A stretch of DNA of 64,000 bases from an uncultured Candidatus Binatia bacterium (lineage in GTDB: Bacteria; Desulfobacterota; Binatia; UBA9968; JAJDTQ01): assembly GCA_965213675.1 (NCBI GenBank), contig CBDCAF010000018.1:1-64000 (forward strand). Reading direction: 5' to 3'. A model generated the notes under the pieces. That model did no database searches, was not told where the DNA came from, and worked only from the letters and a program-made list of their open reading frames with translations. This document shows positions 40,895-51,000 of this stretch, in pieces (position 1 is the first letter of the stretch; the number at the start of each line of letters is the position of its first letter). Made by a program: the position numbers and the translations under genes.

Positions 40895-41755
40895 CTACAC
40901 GCTGTGGTTGTCGCTCTTGTTGTGGACGGTCTCGTTGAGAGAACCCGTGCGGTAGCCCTGAAGGTCGATGCTGACGTAGGTGAACCCGGCGTCCTTGAAA
41001 CGTTGGACGATCCCTTCTCGCACGTCCGGCAGCAGCAGCTTGTCGAACTCGTCCGGCGCCACCTCGATGCGCGCCAGCGCGTCATGGTAGCGCACCCGGT
41101 ACACCCGGAAACCCAGTTCGCGCAGCACGCGCTCGCAGCGGTTCACCTGGGTGAGCTTCTCCGGGGTGATGGCGGTGCCGTAGGGAAAACGGCTGGACAG
41201 GCACGCCAGCGCGGGCTTGTCCCATACCGGGAGCCCCATGCGCCGGGCGGCCTCGCGGATGTCGGCCTTGGTGAAACCCAACTCGTCCAGGGGCGAGCGC
41301 ACGCCCCGCTCGCGCGCGGCCTTCCGGCCGGGGCGGTGGTCGCCGCGGTCGTCCAGGTTGAAGCCGTCCAGCACGTGCGGCATGCCCAAGGTCGCGGCCT
41401 CGTCGATGGCCTTGCCGTAAAGCTCGGTCTTGCAGAAATAGCAGCGGTTGACGGGGTTGGCGGCGTAGCGCGGGTCGTCCAGTTCGTAGGTGTCGATGAG
41501 CAGGTGGCGGGCGCCGATGCTCTCGGCCAAGCCGCGGGCGTCGGCCCCCTCCTCGGGCGCGAGGCTGGGAGAGACTGCGGTGAGCGCCAGAGCGTTGTCG
41601 CCGAGAGCATCCACGGCCTCGGCGAGCAGGTAGCCGGAATCGACCCCGCCCGAGAAGCAGACCACGGCCTGTCCCATCTCTCTCAGCAGCGCCTGAAGTT
41701 CGGCCACCTTTCGCGCCAGTTCGGCGTCCTCAAAAGGGTCATTCCCTGGCCCCAC
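40895..41755 (-). CDS. larE: ATP-dependent sulfur transferase LarE family (PP-loop)
   Basis: SGGVDS, RCYFCK, DHRPG, ACLSSRFPYG and GYRTGSLN motifs; start approximate. Confidence 0.85.
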   Translation of the reverse strand: MGPGNDPFEDAELARKVAELQALLREMGQAVVCFSGGVDSGYLLAEAVDALGDNALALTAVSPSLAPEEGADARGLAESIGARHLLIDTYELDDPRYAANPVNRCYFCKTELYGKAIDEAATLGMPHVLDGFNLDDRGDHRPGRKAARERGVRSPLDELGFTKADIREAARRMGLPVWDKPALACLSSRFPYGTAITPEKLTQVNRCERVLRELGFRVYRVRYHDALARIEVAPDEFDKLLLPDVREGIVQRFKDAGFTYVSIDLQGYRTGSLNETVHNKSDNHSV

Positions 41756-41880
41756 TCCGTGAACCCCGCGCACCCTACCGTCATTCACCCGCACCCCACC
41801 GTCGTTCCCGCGAAGGCGGGAATCCAGGCGGGGTAGTGTGGGGGAGCCCTTCATCGACGTCGTGACCGATGTCAGCGCTC

Positions 41881-42444
41881 TTACGGCGTGGACTTCACCT
41901 TCGGCCGCTCCAGCAGCGTGTTGCACCAGCGTCTCACGTTGGGCAGGTCCTCGGTGATGGACGTCCGGTAGGCGTCCTGCCGGGTGAAGAACGGCACATA
42001 CGTGATGTCCGCCAGCGAGTAGTCGTCGACGATGTAGTCGCGCCCGGCCATGCGCTCTTCCAGCGTCTCCAGGTGCTGCCGCAGCCGCTTCTTGTTCTTC
42101 TCCACCTCGTGGTCGTGGCGGATGTTGCCGGCCGCGGTCTGAAGCCGGGTGTTGCAGAAGTCGATCCAGATGCGTACCTCGGCGCGCTTGGCCAGATCCT
42201 TCGGCATCAACGGCACGTCGGGAAACTTCTCGTCCAGGTACTCGTTGACGACCGCGGATTCGTAGATCACCGCGTCCCCGTCCACCAGCACCGGCACCTT
42301 GCCGTAGGGGTTCAGGGTGACCAGCTCTTCCGACTTGTTCCTCAGGTCGCACTCGACCAGTTCGTAAGGGATGTCTTTCTCTGCCAGGACAAGCCTTGTC
42401 CTGTGGGCATACGGTCAAGGACCGTAGGACAGTAGTCGCAACAT
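41881..42444 (-). CDS. Glutathione S-transferase, probable selenoprotein (in-frame TGA at codon 10)
   Basis: AAGGAGG RBS; ATG 42444 reads MLRLLSYGP-(TGA)-PYAHRTRLVLAEK...NPYGKVPVL...IYESAVVNEYLDE...SLADI. Confidence 0.8.
42385..42403 (-). promoter_or_regulatory. Candidate bacterial SECIS hairpin
   Basis: mRNA CAGGACAA-GGC-UUGUCCUG; G-led loop 19 nt after the UGA. Confidence 0.65.
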
Positions 42445-42493
42445 GTCTTCCTCCTTCGAAGTTTGCGCTTCCACGTGGGCGCGGAAAAGACTT

Positions 42494-42880
42494 CTACGCG
42501 ATGATCGGTTCCTTCACCGGAATGTGGCTGGGCCTCCGCGGCACCCGCGTGCGCGGCTTGCCGTCCACCTGGGAGTTGCCCGCGCCGAACAGCAGCAGAC
42601 GGTCCCCGCCCGTGTTGCAGAGCTGGTACGGCTGGCCCGACCTCAGCAGGATGGTGTCGTGGGGGTTCAGGACGAACTCATCCTCCGGCGTCCGCACCGT
42701 GCACTGGCCCTCGAGGACCATGAAGACATGGTCGTCGTTCTCGTGGTAGTGCATGTCGTCCTGCATGTTCGCTTCGCAGTTGATGGTCCAGAAATAGGTC
42801 AGGTCCGTGCGCCACAACGAAAGATGGCGGATGTCCGGGTTGGCCTTGGCCTCCGTGATGGGGTTTTTCACTTCGTACAT
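42494..42880 (-). CDS. Monocupin protein
   Basis: HYHENDDHVFMVLEG motif. Confidence 0.75.
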   Translation of the reverse strand: MYEVKNPITEAKANPDIRHLSLWRTDLTYFWTINCEANMQDDMHYHENDDHVFMVLEGQCTVRTPEDEFVLNPHDTILLRSGQPYQLCNTGGDRLLLFGAGNSQVDGKPRTRVPRRPSHIPVKEPIIA

Positions 42881-42916
42881 GCGCGTGTCCTCCCTCTGTC
42901 TCGAGTCGAATAGCCG

Positions 42917-43165
42917 CTATTTCGGCGCCACCAGCTTGCCGTGGGTGCCGTCGCAGTACGGCCGCGTCTTCGACCGCCAGCACGCGCAAATGGCCATGGT
43001 CCGGGGCTCGTCCACCGTGATTTCCCGGGGCGTGATGGACGTCACCTTGTGCGACCCGTCGCAGAACGGAAAGTTCCGGGTCCGCCCGCACATGCAGTAG
43101 AAGCGGCTCTTGGATTCCTGCCGGACGATCACCGGCTCGATCAGATCATCGTATGCCAGGCCCAT
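42917..43165 (-). CDS. CDGSH iron-sulfur domain protein (two motifs)
   Basis: CMCGRT..PFCDGSH and CACWRS..PYCDGTH. Confidence 0.88.
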   Translation of the reverse strand: MGLAYDDLIEPVIVRQESKSRFYCMCGRTRNFPFCDGSHKVTSITPREITVDEPRTMAICACWRSKTRPYCDGTHGKLVAPK

Positions 43166-43293
43166 TCGAATTCCTCCCTCGGCGTGGGACGTGCTGTTCC
43201 GCTGATCGGGCGGCCTCCAGCCCGTCTCCCGTATGCCCCTTCACCGTATACTCCACTTTGCCCCGGAGGGCCAGACGACGTTGTGCTCGTTGC

Positions 43294-44679
43294 CTATCTC
43301 AGCACGCTCATGACCGTCCGCGCATCGACGATGTGAATGCCGGTCCGGGCGTCCGCAGCCACGCTCTCCGGAACGAACAGGGCTTGGCAAACATCGGTGC
43401 CTTCAGCGCCGGCCAGGTCGCCCGAATGAACGTGCGCGGCGGCGGTGGCCGCAACCGGGCGCGACGTCGACTTGGCCTCGCCCACCAGCAATCGGTTCCC
43501 GTCAACCGAGCGCGCGACGATGTCGAGTTCCGGCGCATTGCCGCGCCAGTATCGTTGCGCGGGCTCCCACGGACCCAGCCGGCCCAGGGTCGTGTCGGAA
43601 CGGTGAAGGAGGGGCACCGCCCCGCGGCACAATTCCTCCCAGGCAAGAGCCTCAAGGCCGCGCCGGTGCCGCCGCCAGTATGCGAGCCGCGTCTCCGGGG
43701 GCGTAGCGGCCAGCGCCGCTCGATGGGGTGCGACCACCCGAAACCACAGGCGCAGAAAGGGATCGTCTATCCGGTAGAGACTCCGTTTGCCGGACTTCGG
43801 GTCAGTTCCGAACGGCGTTTCGCGGCGCACCAGCCCCATCTCCGTGAGCGATGCCAGCGGTCTCGACAGGCTGGAGGCGGGCTTGCCAAGACGGCCCGCG
43901 ATCTCGGTGACCCGGTGCGCCCCGTTGCCGATGACGTCCAGCAAGGGGCGCAACGCCGTAGCTGGAGGGGTCTCCTCCCGCAACAGCCGATCAGGTTCTG
44001 CATGCAGGGGGCCCGCGGCGTCGAGAACCAGAGTGTCCACCGCGGCTTCGATGTCGTTTCCGAAAGGTTCGGCAAGCTCCCAATAACGAGGTATGCCTCC
44101 CCACAGCGCATAGACGCTCACCAGGTCGTGATGCTTGTCGAAGGGGAAAGCCTCGGCGAGATGCCCCGCCGGCAGGGGGCGGACGCCAAAGGCTTCGGCA
44201 GCCCGGCCGTAGAGCGGAGCGGTAGCATCGAGTATCAAGCTGTGCATCATGCGCTGACTCGATCCGCACACGACCAGGCGCAACCGCCGCTCCGGGCGGT
44301 CCAACCAGTTCTGCAAGACCCCGGTTAGAGTGGGGTCCGCGTCGATGAGGTAGGGAAGCTCGTCCAGCACCCACGGACCTTGCCAGCCGGCGCGGTCGGC
44401 GTCGGCGGAAAGCCGCGTCAGAAACGAGCGCCAGTCCGGGTACTCGACGTCTGCAAAGCCGGGGAATCGTTCAGCGACTGCTTCCGCCAGGTAGCGCCGC
44501 TGTACCGGCGGGACGGACTGATCCGCGACCGTGTACAGGCCCCGGTGGCGCCGCGACCATTCAATGAGAAGGCGCGACTTGCCTATCCTGCGGCGTCCCC
44601 AGATGACGGCGAACGCTCCAGTCCGTGTCAGCACATTGTCCAACCGCTCCATCTCGCGGCTGCGATCGAGGAACTGCAT
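43294..44679 (-). CDS. Archaeal-type P-loop ATPase with DUF234/PD-(D/E)xK-like C-terminus
   Basis: FLDRSRE, GRRRIGKS, LDELPYL, CGSS, GGIPRY, DPFLRLWF and ELDIVA...GEAK motifs. Confidence 0.85.
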   Translation of the reverse strand: MQFLDRSREMERLDNVLTRTGAFAVIWGRRRIGKSRLLIEWSRRHRGLYTVADQSVPPVQRRYLAEAVAERFPGFADVEYPDWRSFLTRLSADADRAGWQGPWVLDELPYLIDADPTLTGVLQNWLDRPERRLRLVVCGSSQRMMHSLILDATAPLYGRAAEAFGVRPLPAGHLAEAFPFDKHHDLVSVYALWGGIPRYWELAEPFGNDIEAAVDTLVLDAAGPLHAEPDRLLREETPPATALRPLLDVIGNGAHRVTEIAGRLGKPASSLSRPLASLTEMGLVRRETPFGTDPKSGKRSLYRIDDPFLRLWFRVVAPHRAALAATPPETRLAYWRRHRRGLEALAWEELCRGAVPLLHRSDTTLGRLGPWEPAQRYWRGNAPELDIVARSVDGNRLLVGEAKSTSRPVAATAAAHVHSGDLAGAEGTDVCQALFVPESVAADARTGIHIVDARTVMSVLR

Positions 44680-44683
44680 TTCC

Positions 44684-44722
44684 TTATTATGTAGAAGAAC
44701 ATTATGTTTGACAACATAATAA
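44684..44722. promoter_or_regulatory. Nested inverted repeats in the ATPase/drmD divergent region
   Basis: ATTATGTT-TGAC-AACATAAT (44701-44720) and TTATTATGT...ACATAATAA. Confidence 0.5.
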
Positions 44723-44731
44723 TCGGCAAGT

Positions 44732-47700
44732 TTGGCCAATTCTCGCAACTTCAGCGAATATGATAAAGCAACTACAGACTTGCCCGCACCGCTTGAGAGA
44801 ACGCCCTTGGAAGACGCCGCCCGACTATTACCCGAACGTTTCCCCGACGTCGGGGAACTCGTCGAAGTGCGTTCACGCCGCTGGCTGGTGGAGGCGGTGG
44901 AGTCGGAATCGGGCCGCGTCAGCCTTGCCTGCGCGGACGACGACGCCCAAGGGCAGACCCTGGAGGTCTACTGGGAATTCGAGATCGACCGGCGCATCCT
45001 TGAGGTGGAGGCGTGGAACGCCATCGGCGCCAAGGGGTTCGACGCGCCCCGCCACTTCAGCGCGTTCCTCCACACGTTGCGCTGGAACTGCGTCACCGCC
45101 ACCGACCCGAATCTCTTCCAGTCGCCGTTCCGGGCCGGCATCAAGATCGACGCCTACCAGATGGAGCCGCTCCGCAAGGCGCTTCGGCTGCCACGGGTCA
45201 ATCTGTTCATCGCGGACGATACCGGCCTCGGCAAGACCATTGAGGCCGGTCTCATCGCGCGGGAATTGTTGCTACGCAAGAAGGTCAAGACGATGGTCGT
45301 CGCCGCGCCGGCCTCCGTGCTGGAGCAGTGGAAGGCCGAGATGGAAGAGCGTTTCGGTCTGCTGTTCGTGATCCTCGACCGCGCTTACCTCACGCAGGTC
45401 CGGCAGGAACGCGGCTTCGGCGTGAATCCCTGGCGTACCCATAGCAGGTTCCTGGTGTCCCACAACCTGCTCATTGACCCGACCTACGCCGATCCGATGC
45501 GTGAGTGGCTCGGGGCTCTTCTGCCCGGCAGCCTGCTCATCCTCGACGAGGCCCACCATGCCGCGCCGTCGAGCGGCGGGCGTTACGGCATCGAGTCGAA
45601 GTTCACCCGGGCGGTCCGTGATGTTGGCGGCCGGTTCGAACACCGTCTGTTTCTGTCCGCCACTCCCCACAACGGCCACTCCAACAGCTTCTCCACGCTG
45701 CTTGAGCTGCTTGATCCGTACCGTTTTACCCGCGGCGTGCCGGTGCGGGGAAAGAAGGACCTCGACGAGGTCATGGTCCGGCGCATCAAGGAAGACATCC
45801 GCGAGGTGCAGGGCGGCTTCCCCAGACGGCACGTGGAGCCGGTTCGGATCGATGGCCTGCCGGACGACGCACCGGAACTCGTTTTGTCGAGGCTCCTTGA
45901 CGAATATCGCGGCTTGCGGGAGCAGCGGCTGGCCGGCGCCAGGCCGCGAGCCCAGGCCATGGCCGGTTTGCTCGTGGTGGGGCTGCAACAGAAGCTCCTG
46001 TCATCCATCGAAGCGTTCGCCATCTCGCTCGCGCGGCATCGCAGGACGATTGAGCGACTTTGGGCGCAAGACACTGAAGACGGTCAGAACGTCCCGGATA
46101 CACGGGTTGAGACCGTGGCGACCGAACCATTTCTGAAACTGTTCGCAAAACCGCCGGACGCGGACGACGAACGCGCGGAACAGACCGACGAAGAGAACGC
46201 GGCCGAGGAAGAGGCGCAGATCACGGCCATCAACGAGACTGCCGAGCTAGGTACCCCCACGGATGAAGGAGCAAAGGCGGCTTGGGATAAGGAGCAGGCC
46301 CTCCTGACTCGTATGCACGAAGTCGCCGATGGCGCCCGCGGCCGCCCTGACGCCAAGACCCGCCGCCTGATCGACTGGATCTACGACAACCTCTGTCCCG
46401 ACCGCCCGCGCTGGAACGAACGGCGGGTGCTGATCTTCACCGAGAACGTGATCGGCACGAAACGGTACTTGCGCGAGATGCTGGAGCAGGCCATTGCCGG
46501 CACCGACTTCGCCGAGGAGCGCATCGAGACCATTGACGGCCAGACCGCCGGCGCCAGGCGCAAGGAGATTCAACGTCGCTTCAACGCCGATCCGGCCCAC
46601 GATCCGTTACGCATCCTCATTGCCACAGACGCGGCGCGCGAGGGGCTGAACTTCCAGGCGCACTGCACCGACCTGTTCCACTTCGACCTGCCCTGGAACC
46701 CTGGCCGCATCGAACAGCGCAACGGCCGCATCGACCGCAAGCTGCAACCGGCCCCGGAGGTGCGCTGCCACTACTTCGTGCTGCCGCAGCGCGCCGAGGA
46801 CCGGGTACTTGAAGTGCTGGTTCGGAAGACCGCCACCATCAGGCAGCAGCTCGGCAGTCTCTCCAAAGTGATCGATGACGAGGTGGAGCGCCGGCTGCGC
46901 GAAGGCATCCGTCACGGAGACGTGGAGCGCATCGCGCGCGACATTGAGGCGGCCGATCTCGACCGTGAAAGGCGACGAGTAGCGGCCGAGGAACTGGAAG
47001 CCGCCCGCGAACGGCAGGACGACTTGAAGGGGCAGATCGAACGATGCCGCGGGCTGCTGGACCAGTCCCGCCGCTGGGTGCAGTTCGAGGCGCAACCCTT
47101 TCGCAACGCTCTGTCCTGTTCCCTGGAGATGCTGGGTGCGGAGCCGTTGAAGGAAACACGTACCGACGATGGCGGGGTGGTCTGGACGCTGCCGCCGCTG
47201 GCGGGCAAGGCGCGGGCGGATGCAAGTTGGACCGCCACACTGGACACGTTGCGCGCGCCGCGCAAGACCGACCAGAAGCTCGCGGAATGGCGGCAGCAGG
47301 CGCCGATTCGTCCGGTGGTGTTCGAGGATGCGGGTGTGCTCACCGACGACACCGTGCATTTGCACCTGGAACAACGCATGGCGCAACGGCTGCTGGCGCG
47401 CTTTCGCTCCCAGGGCTTCGTCTACCATGACCTGTCCCGCGCCTGTCTCGTGCAGGCCGCGGACTCCGTCCCTCGGGTGATTCTGCTGGGGCGGCTGTGT
47501 CTCTTCGGACGCCATGCCGAGCGTCTGCACGAGGAGTTGATCCCGGTGGCGGCCCGCTGGGTCGAGCCGTCGCGCCGCAACGGGCCGCTCAGGGCCTATG
47601 CCGAGGAGGCGGAAGCACGAACGCTGGAACGCCTGGAGACGGCCTTGCAGAGCGCACGAGGCCCGAACGAGACGATTCACCGCAGGCTGCGCGACATTGC

Positions 47701-48073
47701 CGCTCAGGATATCGAAGACCTGCTGCCGCAACTCGAAGACCGCGCCGAGGGTGTGGCCCGGAGCGCTGGGGACAGGCTTCGCGCACGTGGCGAAAGGGAG
47801 GGACAGCAGCTTCGGGAGACCCTGGAACGTCAGCGCCGGCGAGTGGAAACGGAACTCGGCAAGCACGAGGGCCGCGGAACCCAGCTCACGCTGGAGTTCA
47901 GTGAAGCCGAGAAGCGCCAGCTTCAGGCCGACATCGCGTCGTGGCGCGTGCGTCTGGACCGGTTCGACAAGGACCTTAAGACCGAACCGGCCCGGATCCG
48001 CGAGTTCTACGAAGTGCGGGCACAACGAGTCGAGCCCATCGGCTTGGTGTACCTGTGGCCGGACACCGGTTGA
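44732..48073 (+). CDS. drmD: DISARM SNF2-like helicase
   Basis: ADDTGLGKT, LDEAHH, LSATPHNG, TDAAREGLN and PWNPGRIEQRNGRIDR motifs; ends VEPIGLVYLWPDTG; upstream of an MTase; start uncertain. Confidence 0.88.
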   Translation: MANSRNFSEYDKATTDLPAPLERTPLEDAARLLPERFPDVGELVEVRSRRWLVEAVESESGRVSLACADDDAQGQTLEVYWEFEIDRRILEVEAWNAIGAKGFDAPRHFSAFLHTLRWNCVTATDPNLFQSPFRAGIKIDAYQMEPLRKALRLPRVNLFIADDTGLGKTIEAGLIARELLLRKKVKTMVVAAPASVLEQWKAEMEERFGLLFVILDRAYLTQVRQERGFGVNPWRTHSRFLVSHNLLIDPTYADPMREWLGALLPGSLLILDEAHHAAPSSGGRYGIESKFTRAVRDVGGRFEHRLFLSATPHNGHSNSFSTLLELLDPYRFTRGVPVRGKKDLDEVMVRRIKEDIREVQGGFPRRHVEPVRIDGLPDDAPELVLSRLLDEYRGLREQRLAGARPRAQAMAGLLVVGLQQKLLSSIEAFAISLARHRRTIERLWAQDTEDGQNVPDTRVETVATEPFLKLFAKPPDADDERAEQTDEENAAEEEAQITAINETAELGTPTDEGAKAAWDKEQALLTRMHEVADGARGRPDAKTRRLIDWIYDNLCPDRPRWNERRVLIFTENVIGTKRYLREMLEQAIAGTDFAEERIETIDGQTAGARRKEIQRRFNADPAHDPLRILIATDAAREGLNFQAHCTDLFHFDLPWNPGRIEQRNGRIDRKLQPAPEVRCHYFVLPQRAEDRVLEVLVRKTATIRQQLGSLSKVIDDEVERRLREGIRHGDVERIARDIEAADLDRERRRVAAEELEAARERQDDLKGQIERCRGLLDQSRRWVQFEAQPFRNALSCSLEMLGAEPLKETRTDDGGVVWTLPPLAGKARADASWTATLDTLRAPRKTDQKLAEWRQQAPIRPVVFEDAGVLTDDTVHLHLEQRMAQRLLARFRSQGFVYHDLSRACLVQAADSVPRVILLGRLCLFGRHAERLHEELIPVAARWVEPSRRNGPLRAYAEEAEARTLERLETALQSARGPNETIHRRLRDIAAQDIEDLLPQLEDRAEGVARSAGDRLRARGEREGQQLRETLERQRRRVETELGKHEGRGTQLTLEFSEAEKRQLQADIASWRVRLDRFDKDLKTEPARIREFYEVRAQRVEPIGLVYLWPDTG

Positions 48074-48078
48074 GACCC

Positions 48079-51000
48079 ATGCCTGCGCCCGACCCACACA
48101 CCCGCGCCCATCTCGAATGGCTCGGCTTCATCCAGCCGAACGGCCTCGTGGTCTCCGCTCCGGCCCTGGTCAAGGCTGGGGCCATCCTCAACCGGCACGA
48201 TGTCGAAGGGCAGGAGTTGCTGGACGCTTGGTTGAACCAACGCGATGGATCGCCTGCGCGCCCTCGGGAACAGTGCCTCCAGGACTTCCGCGTATTCGCG
48301 AAGACCATCCTCGGCTGGGGTTTCTCGCCCAAGGGATACGCGGGTACGGAGGAGACCCCTATCCCGGCGGCACTTAAGGTTCCTCTCCCCGACTACGGAG
48401 AGACGCTGCGTCCGGACTTCGCGGTGTGCGAGCGCGACCCGCAGGCCGGGGAATTGCCGTGGCAGTTGCTCGTGCAGGTGCTGGAAGAGGGTGAAGGCTT
48501 CGACAGGCCGACCGCCGGCGGACTGAAAACCTCTCCGCAGGATCGAATGGAGCGCCTCCTCCGCAGCACCGGAGTTCCTGCTGGTGTGCTCTTCAACGGC
48601 GCTGCGCTACGTCTCGTCTCGGCCCCGCGCGGCGAAAGCTCCGGCTGGATGGACTTTCGTTTGGCCGACATGGCCCAGACCGCGGGGCGGCCTCTGTGCG
48701 CGGCGTTGCGCCTTCTTTTGTGTGAGCAACGCCTGTTGACAGGGCCGAAGGAACATCGCCTGGCGGCGCTGCTCGCCGACAGCCGCCGGTATCAGAACGA
48801 GGTCAGCGAGCGGCTTTCCGAGCAGGTCATGCACGCACTCTATGACCTCCTTCGAGGGTTCCAGGCGGCCCAGGACGAATCCCGCGGAGAGCTGCTGCGG
48901 GAACCGCTCTCCGCGGAAGGCGACCCCAACGACATCTATCGCGGCCTTCTCGCCGTCATCCTCCGCCTCGTCTTTCTGCTCTACGCCGAGGAGCGCCGCA
49001 TGCTTCCGGGCGGCGAGACCTTCATCCAGCACTATTCGGTTGGCGGCCTCTACCAGCGCCTGCGCGAGGAGGCGGCCTTGCACCCGGATACCATGGATCA
49101 GCGCTACGGCGCGTGGGCGCAGCTTCTCGTGCTGTTCCGCCTTATTCACGACGGGGCGGGTGGGCACAAGACCGGAGGCAGCGTCAGCCTTCCGGAACGC
49201 CGCGGCGTTTTGTTCAACCCGGATCGGTATCCGTTCCTCGAGGGCCGTCACAGCGGCGGCGGCCGGCAGATCACCGAGCGGGTCCAGCCGCCGCTGGTCT
49301 CCGACGGCGCCGTCTACCGGGTGCTGGAGAAGCTGGTAGTCCTCGACGGCGAGCGCATTTCCTACCGCACCCTGGACGTGGAACAGATCGGGTCCGTTTA
49401 CGAGGTCATCATGGGCTTCCGTCTGGAGACCGCCACCGGCCGGTCCATGTCCGTCAAGTCCGCCAAGAAGCTTGGGGCGCCGAGCACCGTCGATCTCGAC
49501 GAGTTGGCGAGACAGCCCGGCGAACGTCGTGGGAAATGGCTCCAGGACCGCGTGGACCGCACCCTCACCGACACCGTCAGGAAGGGACTGCGGGCAGCCG
49601 ATACGGTGGATGACCTTCACTTGGCGCTGGACCGGGTGCTGGACAAGGACGCCACGCCGGACCTCGTCACTCCCGGCTCCCTGGTGCTGCAACCCAGTGA
49701 TGAGCGCCGCCGCTCGGGCTCCAACTACACGCCGCGGGAACTCACCGAACCGATTGTCCGCCACACTCTGGAGCCCCTGCTCAATCGGCTTCGCGGCGAG
49801 GATGGACAGGCACCGTCTCCCGCCCGGATTCTCGACCTCAAGATTTGCGATCCGGCCATGGGTTCCGGCGCCTTTCTGGTGGAAACCTGTCGCCAGCTCG
49901 CGGATGCGCTCACCGAGGCATGGCACAAGCACGATGAGACGCCGGTAATCCCGCCTGACGAAGACGAGGGGATCCATGCCCGCCGTCTGGTCGCCCAGAA
50001 GTGCCTCTACGGCATCGACCGGAATCCCATGGCTGTGGACCTGGCCAAGACCTCGCTGTGGCTCAGCACGTTGGCGCGGGACCACCCGCTCACCTTCCTG
50101 GACCACGCGTTCCGCCATGGCGACGCCCTCGTCGGATTGACCCGGAAACAGGCCGAGGCGTTCCACTGGATCCCGGATAGACCTCCTGAAGAGGGTTTCG
50201 AGATCATGAGGGTGCGGGAACACATGACGGAGTTGGCCGCGCTGCGCCAGCGCATCAGGGACGCGGGCGAGGATGTCTCCGATCAAGAACTGCACGACAT
50301 CTGGCAAGATGCGCGCGACGAGCTTGGCGCCGTCCGGCTCTACGGCGATCTGGCGCTGGCGGCGTTCTTCGCTGAAACCAAACGGGGGCCAAGGGAAGGG
50401 AAGAGGCGCGAATTCGCCGCAGCCGCCTGGGGTGGTCAGGCCGAGCGCTACCTGGGATGGATCGGGGACCAGCGCGGCAGCGACCCGCCGCTCGCTCCTT
50501 TCCACTGGGAAATCGAGTTCCCCGAGGTGTTCGAGCGCGAGAATCCGGGGTTCGACGCGTTCGTCGGGAACCCGCCGTTCGCCGGGAAAAATAGCGTCGT
50601 CGCTGGTAACGTCGTGGGTTATCCCGACTGGCTCAAGACCGTCCACAGAGAGAGCCACGGCAACGCCGACCTTGTAGCGCACTTCTACCGGCGTGCGTTC
50701 AACCTCCTGCGTGAAGGGGGCGCGTTCGGTCTGATTGCCACCAACACCATCGCCCAAGGCGATACCCGTTCCACCGGACTGCGCTGGATTTGCGAGAACA
50801 ACGGCTCGATCTTCCGCGCCACCAAACGGGTCAAGTGGCCCGGCGACGCGGCCGTGGTGGTCAGCGTGCTGCACGTCGCCAAGGGCGAATTTGCAGGAAC
50901 CAAGGTGCTCGACGGCAGGGATGTGGAGAACATCACCGCGTTCCTCTTCCACAAGGGCGGCCACGCCGACCCGGCGCGCCTCGAAGCGAACGCCGGCAAG

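Noticed and set aside
42415-42417. GST pseudogene by nonsense mutation
   Set aside because: The stop is TGA exactly at the catalytic Cys position with a SECIS-like hairpin, so Sec is more parsimonious, though unproven
40895-42418. 507-aa extended LarE and 501-aa extended permease (6840-8345) in the ORF track
   Set aside because: The N-terminal extensions overlap upstream genes in another frame or REP DNA; the real starts are internal
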